DNA of 40,000 bases from Fidelibacterota bacterium (GTDB lineage: Bacteria > Fidelibacterota > Marinisomatia > Marinisomatales > TCS55), in the NCBI GenBank assembly GCA_027251445.1, contig JAPNQO010000084.1:1-40000 (forward strand), read 5' to 3'. Both the position numbers and the translations under genes were made by a program. Each line of letters starts with the position of its first letter. The first letter of the stretch is position 1. Under the pieces are notes generated by a model, which saw nothing but the letters and a program-made list of their open reading frames with translations, did not search any database and was not told the DNA's origin. This document shows positions 19,729-27,042 of this stretch, in pieces.

Positions 19729-20166
19729 TCATTTTCCTGTACTACCAAATCCCCCGTCACCTCTATCCGTATCACTTAATTCGGAAACTATTTCAAAACT
19801 TATTGGTCCTCCATCCATTGATACTAATTGGAATAGTCTTTGGCCTCGTTTAATAGTAAATGGAGTATTCTTTATATTATCTACTGCAGAAATAATTTCT
19901 CCTCTATATCCAGCATCAATTAAACCAACAGAGTTACATTGCCTGAGTGGAGTTTTTGATATACTCGATCTTGGCATTAGTAAATATGGTAACCCGTCAG
20001 TGTTTTCACATGCAATATGAGATTTGATCATAGCAGTTTCTCCAGGTTCAATAGTTAATTCATCAATAATAAATAAATCAAGTCCAGCATCCCCTTGATG
20101 AAAATGCCCATGATTCTCATACAGATCTCGGGCATTATTAGATAAGATTTTTATTTTAAGATGCAT
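19729..20166 (-). CDS. dut: dUTP diphosphatase (dUTPase)
   Basis: Motifs GDAGLDLF, MPRSS, GLIDAGYRGEI and C-terminal RGDGGFGSTGK. The track starts at TTG 20187 (MYIEIDSMHLKIKIL), which overlaps the upstream gene by 17 nt. I prefer ATG 20166..20164 (MHLKIKILS), 4 nt after the upstream stop, giving 145 aa. Confidence 0.88.
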   Translation of the reverse strand: MHLKIKILSNNARDLYENHGHFHQGDAGLDLFIIDELTIEPGETAMIKSHIACENTDGLPYLLMPRSSISKTPLRQCNSVGLIDAGYRGEIISAVDNIKNTPFTIKRGQRLFQLVSMDGGPISFEIVSELSDTDRGDGGFGSTGK

Positions 20167-20170
20167 AGAA

Positions 20171-20536
20171 TCAATTTCGATATACAATCCAAGCTAGGTA
20201 TATCCAACCTAAAATAAATGACAATCCCCCTATTGGTGTTAGCATACCTATCCATTTAATATTGCTAACCGCTAAAACATATAGAGATCCAGAAAAAAGA
20301 ATAATTCCTAATATAAAACATAAAGCTGGAAACCATAAAAACTGATGAGGAAAATTATATCCCAATAATCCAATTAATATCAATGCAATTGAATGGTAAG
20401 CTTGGTATTGAATACCTTTTTCATATATTCTTAAATAATCAATAGATATTTTTTCTTTTAAGATATGAGCGCCAAAAGCACCAGATAAAACTGTTAAAGC
20501 CAATAATAAAGAACCACCAATTATAAATATTTTCAT
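20171..20536 (-). CDS. DUF423 (YgdD/TMEM256-like) membrane protein
   Basis: 121 aa with four TM helices. GAFGAH and YQAYHSIALILIG motifs are typical of DUF423. Confidence 0.8.
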   Translation of the reverse strand: MKIFIIGGSLLLALTVLSGAFGAHILKEKISIDYLRIYEKGIQYQAYHSIALILIGLLGYNFPHQFLWFPALCFILGIILFSGSLYVLAVSNIKWIGMLTPIGGLSFILGWIYLAWIVYRN

Positions 20537-21591
20537 TTTGGTGAATTTTGATGAATTAAAGTACGTATGGGAAATGGTATATCAATACCTTCTTTATTAT
20601 ATCGCTCATGTAACCTTCTTATAAATACATCAATAATATTATGCTGATCACCATATTTCTCAGCTTTAAAATATACTTTTAGGTTAATGCTTGAATCTCC
20701 AAATTCAAAAAAACGTACTAAAGGTTTATCCTTTTTACTACATCCATCCACGCTTTTAGCTACATTATCAGCTACTTCATTCGTAATTCTAGCTACTTTT
20801 TCAAGATCACTATCATATGAAACGCCAACAGAAACTCTTACAGAAAATGAAGATTCTCTAGTATCGTAATTTTTGATTATGGCGCTAGACAGCCTTGAAT
20901 TCGGGATATTTATTACATTATTTGTACGTTCTAACATAGTTGTGTTACGCCAGGTAATATTTGTAATGTACCCTCTTTCTCCAGAATCAAGTTGTGCAAA
21001 ATCACCTGGTTGTACCTTTCCACTTAATAGAATATGTAATCCACTAAAAATATCGCTTAGGGTATCTTTCAACGCTAGTGAAATGGCTAATCCGCCAACA
21101 CCTAAGGCAGTTAGAATAGGAGTTATGGCAATATTTAAAGAATCAAGAATAATCATAACTCCTATACCCCAAACAATTATATAAACAAAGTTTGTAAACA
21201 TAGTTGTTGAAGGGAATCCCTGACCTTGTTTTTCAGCCCAAAGATTAAAAAGACCAACCAACATTTTACTTATAGATAAAGTAATAGAAAGAATTAGAAT
21301 AATAAGTATAATTGTTGATAAAGACTGTTTGTAGGAATCTAATGAATCTGATAAAGTAACACTTTCTACTGCAATCGAGAAAGAGGCAAGAAAGAACCAT
21401 AGAACAATGTGCGGCTCTAATGATTTAAGAATTATATCATCACCTCTCCACTTTGTTTTATCAGCTAACGCAGATAAACGTTTATGTAGAAATCTCTTTA
21501 TAACCCACCCCGTAAGAATACCAATAAATATGACAAGAATAGGATTACCCCAAATGAATAATTGTTGAATGACTTTATCTAACATAATCAA
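20533..21591 (-). CDS. Mechanosensitive ion channel (MscS family)
   Basis: 352 aa. N-terminal TM helices followed by the MscS beta-domain (SGKVQPGDFAQLDSGERGYITNITWRNTTMLERTNNVINIPNSRLSSAIIKNY). The track start is TTG 21591; ATG 21585 (MLDKV) is an equally plausible start. Confidence 0.85.
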   Translation of the reverse strand: MIMLDKVIQQLFIWGNPILVIFIGILTGWVIKRFLHKRLSALADKTKWRGDDIILKSLEPHIVLWFFLASFSIAVESVTLSDSLDSYKQSLSTIILIILILSITLSISKMLVGLFNLWAEKQGQGFPSTTMFTNFVYIIVWGIGVMIILDSLNIAITPILTALGVGGLAISLALKDTLSDIFSGLHILLSGKVQPGDFAQLDSGERGYITNITWRNTTMLERTNNVINIPNSRLSSAIIKNYDTRESSFSVRVSVGVSYDSDLEKVARITNEVADNVAKSVDGCSKKDKPLVRFFEFGDSSINLKVYFKAEKYGDQHNIIDVFIRRLHERYNKEGIDIPFPIRTLIHQNSPK

Positions 21592-21612
21592 ATAAAATTA
21601 CGATTATTAATT

Positions 21613-23223
21613 CTAATCTGCACTCGAATATGGACCAATAACCAATTCTTTTTTTCCACCTGGGTAAAGTATATCAATATTAGGCTCACCTATCGATGTC
21701 CAGGTTCTTGATAACATTATTATACCCTGGTCATAAACATTCAATGATTGCAAATCAAAGTATTCACCCCAGTACCATTCTATCCCATGTTTTGTACTAT
21801 TCATGAATGTACATTCATATTTTGGGTTACCATTAAAATGAACATTTGATTTCGTTCTTAACCCAAGAGTTGGATCTGTAATATTTACACCTGACTCAGT
21901 CCAAACTTTTTCTTCAATTATTTCCTTTCCTCTATAGACTCGAATATTTTTAAATCTACCATTTTCATAATATTCAAATAAAACAACTGGACTACCAGCA
22001 TAATAATATCCTTCTTTCATTATGGCGCCGGATGGACTATAAACACGCATTATTCCTTGAAGTTTTCCATCATTAAACATGGTAATACTTGAAATATATT
22101 CTTCACTATACCACCTAGTAATCAAACCACTAAGCTTATCATTAAGATAGTAACCCTCTTCTTCTTTTACTCCATTTAAGTCCCAATTTTTAAAGACACC
22201 TGAACGTTTTCCATCTTGAAAAGTGATAAGTGACTGCATCTGTCCATCATTATAAAATATTTTCATTTCCCCATGTAACATATCATTGATATAGTTCATT
22301 AACTTATATGGTTGTTTACCATCAAAATAAATAGTACTTAATCCATTTAACATTCCGCCTGAATAGATTTTAATTGAATCTTTTTTCCCATTTCTATTAA
22401 ACCATTTCCATTCTCCAATTTTCAATCCAAGGTTATAATTACCATCTACAGCTATATTGCCATTAGTATTCCAGATTTTATATTCACCATGATAATTATT
22501 TTCCATATATGAGATTAATGAATCTAATCCGTTTTCTTCACTATACCACTTCCAACGACCTTCCTTGTTATCCTGATAATAACCACCTTTTATTTTAACC
22601 TTACCATCATTATCATAAACTTGCATCGGGCCATCTTTCAATCCATTATTATAAGTAAGCATTCTTATTTTAATCTTGCTTTTCCACCAAACCCACTCAC
22701 CATGAGGAATATCTTGTCTATATTCTCCACTTGAAATTTTATTACCTTTTATATCAAATTCTTTATATTTACCATGTTTTTTATTATCCAAGAAATCAAT
22801 CACTAACTGAGGTTTTCCATTAATAAAATAATCAATATACTGCCCATTAAGTATCCCTTGATTAAATGATCTTACAGAGTCAATAAGCCCATCATTTCCA
22901 TACCAAGTCCATTTTCCTGATAACTCTCCATTATTAAAATTTCCATTAGCAAATTTTTTTCCTGATTTGTGCCAGGAATAATATTTACCATTTGGTTGAC
23001 CTTCCTTAATATCTTGGACATAAAATTTGCTACCATTACGGTAATATCTGATTAATTTGGTTGTGGTCGAGTCAGAACTTGAACCATTTCTAATTACTTT
23101 ATAATCTCGAGTTAGTTTTATTCTGCCATTATCATATCTATCAATGATTTCAGTTTTTGGGGTACAACCAAATAATGATAGTGTATAAAAAAGAATTATA
23201 AGGTTAACAATTGTTACCAACAT
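21613..23223 (-). CDS. Lipoprotein built from MORN-variant (YwqK-like) repeats
   Basis: 536 aa. N-terminal signal with a lipobox-like LSLFGC (Cys20), then about 15-18 tandem 23-24-aa units of the pattern G..nG....Y/W..nG (for example NGKYYSWHKSGKKFANGNF, SGKWTWYGNDGLIDSVRSF, HGEYKIWNTNGNIAVDGNY). Confidence 0.7.
   Translation of the reverse strand: MLVTIVNLIILFYTLSLFGCTPKTEIIDRYDNGRIKLTRDYKVIRNGSSSDSTTTKLIRYYRNGSKFYVQDIKEGQPNGKYYSWHKSGKKFANGNFNNGELSGKWTWYGNDGLIDSVRSFNQGILNGQYIDYFINGKPQLVIDFLDNKKHGKYKEFDIKGNKISSGEYRQDIPHGEWVWWKSKIKIRMLTYNNGLKDGPMQVYDNDGKVKIKGGYYQDNKEGRWKWYSEENGLDSLISYMENNYHGEYKIWNTNGNIAVDGNYNLGLKIGEWKWFNRNGKKDSIKIYSGGMLNGLSTIYFDGKQPYKLMNYINDMLHGEMKIFYNDGQMQSLITFQDGKRSGVFKNWDLNGVKEEEGYYLNDKLSGLITRWYSEEYISSITMFNDGKLQGIMRVYSPSGAIMKEGYYYAGSPVVLFEYYENGRFKNIRVYRGKEIIEEKVWTESGVNITDPTLGLRTKSNVHFNGNPKYECTFMNSTKHGIEWYWGEYFDLQSLNVYDQGIIMLSRTWTSIGEPNIDILYPGGKKELVIGPYSSAD
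21724..23055 (-). repeat. Tandem protein-level repeat array (MORN-variant units, about 69-72 nt period) inside CDS 21613..23223
   Basis: Periodic G-x3-G-x-W/Y-x2-Y/W-x2-N/D-G spacing, read directly from the translated ORF between about residues 57 and 500. The units are divergent at the DNA level. Confidence 0.7.
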
Positions 23224-23415
23224 TCACGCGCACGTAATAATTTCCTTAGCAATGAGCACTGGTATCAAAATATATAATATTGAATCGCGGATAAGATAAT
23301 ATAGAAAAAAAACAACTAGTACTATAGGGCCTTTTTGTTTTAATAGAAGTTTTAAGCCACCTTCTTTCCTAATATCATTCCATTCACGAAAAAATTTCGG
23401 CTTTACAAACTTCAT
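23224..23415 (-). CDS. Small hydrophobic membrane protein (hypothetical)
   Basis: 63 aa. Basic N-terminus (MKFVKPKFFREWNDIRKEGGLKLLLKQK) followed by a 30-aa hydrophobic hairpin or helix. Its ATG overlaps the upstream stop (ATGA), and its TGA directly abuts the ATG of the repeat lipoprotein, which argues that it is a real gene. Confidence 0.45.
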   Translation of the reverse strand: MKFVKPKFFREWNDIRKEGGLKLLLKQKGPIVLVVFFLYYLIRDSILYILIPVLIAKEIITCA

Positions 23416-23885
23416 TCATTCTTTAATTCAATTTTGTCAAATTTCAGATTTTCGTATTTTTCCCAAATTGTTTCGCCAGATGCCTGTTGGAATCGAAAAG
23501 CAAAAACTAGAGCATCCATAAAAGTATTATTTTGAAATTCTTTATGGCTATAATACTCATCAATCCAGCCTATAAATTCCTTGATATCTATTTCTTCTAG
23601 CTGATCAAAAATCCCAAAGACTGTCTCTGCTTTATTATCATAATACCATTGTGTTACTTTATCGTAACCAACTTCCTTTTTAAGCGCATCATATGTTTCA
23701 TAGACTTGAGTCATATAAGAAAATAAATATATACTTTTCTCTTCTTGATCTAGTGTCGTCCAATATAAAGATATGATATTTCTCTCTTCATAATCCCAGT
23801 TACTATCTTGTGCATATATTATTGAATTTGTAGTTAATAATAATACAATTAGATAAGAAGAAAATAATATGTGATTGTTTTTCAT
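23412..23885 (-). CDS. Secreted hypothetical protein
   Basis: 157 aa. Signal peptide MKNNHILFSSYLIVLLLTTNSIIYA/QD. The mature part is acidic, Tyr/Trp/Glu-rich and probably helical. I recognise no family. Confidence 0.5.
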   Translation of the reverse strand: MKNNHILFSSYLIVLLLTTNSIIYAQDSNWDYEERNIISLYWTTLDQEEKSIYLFSYMTQVYETYDALKKEVGYDKVTQWYYDNKAETVFGIFDQLEEIDIKEFIGWIDEYYSHKEFQNNTFMDALVFAFRFQQASGETIWEKYENLKFDKIELKNE

Positions 23886-23960
23886 ATTTGAATGTAGGAA
23901 TTTTACGAATAAAACTTATTATAATAGCAATCAAATCTATGTTTAAGATTTAGGAAAACA

Positions 23961-25883
23961 TTAATTTGATTCAACCCAATCACCATTATCCTTAATTAAA
24001 TCTATAAGAGCTTCAACTGCTATTTCTGCAGGTATATTTCTTTTTACTACTTCATATCCTTTATAAAGGGATATTTGCCCGACTCCTGTACCAACATATC
24101 CATAGTCTGCATCAGCCATTTCACCTGGCCCGTTAACTATGCATCCCATAATTCCAATCTTTACACCTTTTAGATGATTTGTTCGTGATCTGATTTCACC
24201 TGTTACTTTTTGAAGATCAAATAATGTTCTTCCGCAGGAAGGGCAAGATATATATTCAGTTTTGGATATACGTGTTCTAGTTGCTTGCAAGATACCAAAA
24301 CTTAGTTTTGTATTGATATCATTAGAAAAATCAGAGCATAGCCAAACACCATCACCAAATCCATCTAATAATAAAGATCCAATATCTGTAGAACTAGATA
24401 ATTGAAATTCATCTTTTGTTTTCTGAAAATACTCTTTTTTAATTATAACTGGAACTTCCCAATTAAGACTAACAAGTTCAAAAAAGAACCTTCTTATATC
24501 TGCAACTGCATGTTTATTTTTTGTTTGAATTAATATAACTACAGAATCATCATTTTTAAGTTTTAAAATATCAGATGATAAAGAATCAGTAGTTAACACA
24601 TTAATAAAATTTATTGTTCCTTTATCACCCTCATGATCAAGATATTGATCCAATGTAAATAATGGGAAAGTTTGATCAGTTTTTTTCCATGATTCTATAT
24701 TTTGAATAATATTAAGAGTTCCTGGTAAACTAAAGTCTATGTTTTCATTACCTATATAGATGTAATCTACAGCCTGATCACTAATTATCCATTTATCAAT
24801 ATTTTTAGAATATTTATAGCCTATTTGCTCTAAATCTTTCTTTAATGATTTATTTCTTTTTGAAAGATCAATAAATACACGTGGAACTTGTTTTTCCCCA
24901 ATATTATTTATTAAAACAGAATTTCTTTTAGAATAACTATATGGTTGGAAAGATGGGTTAATAATTGGTGGTATTTTTGCATGTTTACTACGTTTTTTAT
25001 ACCGTTTAATTAATTCTTTTGCAACCGGTATTTCTAGTTCAGGTTCTTCTGTCAAAGAAACGCGGATTGTATCTCCAATACCATCTTCTAATAAAGCACC
25101 TATCCCAACCGCAGATTTTATACGACCATCCTGCCCTTCACCTGCTTCAGTAACCCCTAGGTGTATAGGATAGTTCATACGTTCTTTTTTCATCATAGCC
25201 ACAGCTAATCGATATGCTTGTACCATAACTTGAGTATTACTTGCTTTCATAGATATTATTAAATCATAATAATTTAATTTTTCACATATTCGAATAAATT
25301 CTAATGCAGATTCTACCATACCGAGCGGCGTATCTCCATATCTACTTAATATCCTATCAGAGAGAGAACCATGATTAGTCCCTATACGCATAGCAGTATT
25401 ATATTCTTTACAAACCTTAACTAAAGGAATGAATCTCTTTTTTATCCTATCTAATTCTTCAGAATATGATTCATCATTATAATCTATATGTTCAAATTTC
25501 TTTTTGTCTGCATAGTTACCAGGGTTAATTCTGACTTTTTCAACAATCTCAGCTGCAATAAGAGCAGCATTAGGAGTAAAATGTATATCTGCTACTAAAG
25601 GGGTATCATAACCCTTATTACGAATTTCTTTTTTAATATTTATCAGATTTTCTGCTTCACGTTTACTTGGTGCAGTAATTCTAACTAATTCAGACCCTGC
25701 CTTAATCATTCTTATAGATTGTTCAACAGTCTCTTTAGTATCCATTGTATTTGTTGTTGTCATTGATTGCAACCGTATGGGGTTTTCACCTCCAATAGAT
25801 ATTGAACCAACTTTTACTTCTCTAGTTTTAAAACGTGAATATTCTGTTAAACTATTACAAAAATGATCTGGAGCTATTGTCAC
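23961..25883 (-). CDS. ispG: 4-hydroxy-3-methylbut-2-en-1-yl diphosphate synthase, long form with inserted A* domain
   Basis: 640 aa, compared with about 370 aa for the short enterobacterial form. N-terminal TIM-barrel motifs (PIRLQSMTTT, RINPGN, IGTNHGSL, GVTEAGEG) and the C-terminal 4Fe-4S domain (ISCPSCGRT, GIMGCIVNGPGEMADADYGYVG) are separated by an insert of about 235 aa. GTG start at 25883..25881. Confidence 0.93.
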   Translation of the reverse strand: MTIAPDHFCNSLTEYSRFKTREVKVGSISIGGENPIRLQSMTTTNTMDTKETVEQSIRMIKAGSELVRITAPSKREAENLINIKKEIRNKGYDTPLVADIHFTPNAALIAAEIVEKVRINPGNYADKKKFEHIDYNDESYSEELDRIKKRFIPLVKVCKEYNTAMRIGTNHGSLSDRILSRYGDTPLGMVESALEFIRICEKLNYYDLIISMKASNTQVMVQAYRLAVAMMKKERMNYPIHLGVTEAGEGQDGRIKSAVGIGALLEDGIGDTIRVSLTEEPELEIPVAKELIKRYKKRSKHAKIPPIINPSFQPYSYSKRNSVLINNIGEKQVPRVFIDLSKRNKSLKKDLEQIGYKYSKNIDKWIISDQAVDYIYIGNENIDFSLPGTLNIIQNIESWKKTDQTFPLFTLDQYLDHEGDKGTINFINVLTTDSLSSDILKLKNDDSVVILIQTKNKHAVADIRRFFFELVSLNWEVPVIIKKEYFQKTKDEFQLSSSTDIGSLLLDGFGDGVWLCSDFSNDINTKLSFGILQATRTRISKTEYISCPSCGRTLFDLQKVTGEIRSRTNHLKGVKIGIMGCIVNGPGEMADADYGYVGTGVGQISLYKGYEVVKRNIPAEIAVEALIDLIKDNGDWVESN

Positions 25884-25892
25884 CTAGTATTC

Positions 25893-27008
25893 CTATTTTT
25901 TGAAAGGTCTAATTAAATAGCTCTCTGCTTCTTTAATTGCATAAGAATAATTATCCAATTGAATGCAATCACGATAATATTTGACAGCATTTTTTCTCTC
26001 TCCAAGAATATCATGTATTTTACCTTTTAAAAGCATTGCATTACCTAAAACTATATCTAACTCTGCACCATAATTTTCAATAGCAATATCTAATGAAGAT
26101 AAAGCTAAAGGATAATCTCCATTTAAATAGTGATATAATGCCCACTCATATTTCCTATACGCAAGAAACCAATCTTTATGAATGTCTGTCAAATCTGGAA
26201 ACATTGTGTCAAGCATCAGTAACGATTGATAGGCATCTGTTAATAACGAATTATTAAGTAGGCTTTCAGTATACAGGACTCTATAATAGTAACGTTTAGG
26301 AAAATTTGAAACAAGATCATGACTAAAAAGAAGAGCAAATTTTGGTTTAGGATTTATCCAAAGATGCATAAATACTAGCGTTCCTTTAGCTTCTATCCAA
26401 GACCATTGGCCATTTTCTGCTGCATTTAAAATCTTTTTTTCACCAGATACTTTTGATGGATTTAGACCAAACATCCCAGAGGCAGCCCAACGTACTAAAG
26501 TATTTGACATACCAGCATAATATTCTACAATTCCCAAAGGTAACTGTGTATCTATAATCTCAGGGTTATTATTTGCCACATCTAAAACTATACTAAATCC
26601 TTTATAACCCCACAGCAAAGTATTTAGCCATTCTTTTCGTCCAAGAGAAACTCTAGCTTTTAATCCGATTGTTGATCCAAGATATAATTTATAATTAGGA
26701 TCATCAGGAAATCTATCAATCAATTCATTATAAACTGGTATAATTAAATCAATATCTTTTTTTAATGAATGCCAAGTAACATCTAATGGGTCATGAGCCT
26801 GACTATGGAGCCACCTTGCTGCAACCCAGGTCAAATGTACTGTAGGATTTTCTGGGAAATCTATCCTCGCATTATTTAAAATCGTTATTGCTTTCCCGGT
26901 ATCATAGTTATAAAAAGATCTAACAGCCTTCCATATAACTTCATCACCCGAATACTGTGCATTTAAAAAACAAACAAGGTGTAGAATAGTGAAATAAGAA
27001 AATTTCAT
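25893..27008 (-). CDS. Secreted helical-repeat (TPR-like) hypothetical protein
   Basis: 371 aa. Signal peptide MKFSYFTILHLVCFLNA/QY. The C-terminal third has TPR-like units (YEWALYHYLNGDYPLALSSLDIAIE, GKIHDILGERKNAVKYYRDCIQLD). Loosely reminiscent of DUF3808/TTC39-type proteins, but that is unverified. Confidence 0.5.
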   Translation of the reverse strand: MKFSYFTILHLVCFLNAQYSGDEVIWKAVRSFYNYDTGKAITILNNARIDFPENPTVHLTWVAARWLHSQAHDPLDVTWHSLKKDIDLIIPVYNELIDRFPDDPNYKLYLGSTIGLKARVSLGRKEWLNTLLWGYKGFSIVLDVANNNPEIIDTQLPLGIVEYYAGMSNTLVRWAASGMFGLNPSKVSGEKKILNAAENGQWSWIEAKGTLVFMHLWINPKPKFALLFSHDLVSNFPKRYYYRVLYTESLLNNSLLTDAYQSLLMLDTMFPDLTDIHKDWFLAYRKYEWALYHYLNGDYPLALSSLDIAIENYGAELDIVLGNAMLLKGKIHDILGERKNAVKYYRDCIQLDNYSYAIKEAESYLIRPFKK

Positions 27009-27042
27009 CTATAATAAATTATAGACTAGGATATTATCCGAA

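Noticed and set aside
19712-20020. 102-aa plus-strand ORF
   Set aside because: It begins inside the CIRCE element and is fully antisense to dut, which has unambiguous dUTPase motifs. It is spurious.
21613-23223. Toxin-antitoxin interpretation of the YwqK-like repeat protein
   Set aside because: There is no adjacent toxin-like gene. The protein is 536 aa with a lipoprotein-type signal and about 15-18 repeats, unlike small cytoplasmic antitoxins. The antitoxin label for this repeat family does not fit here.
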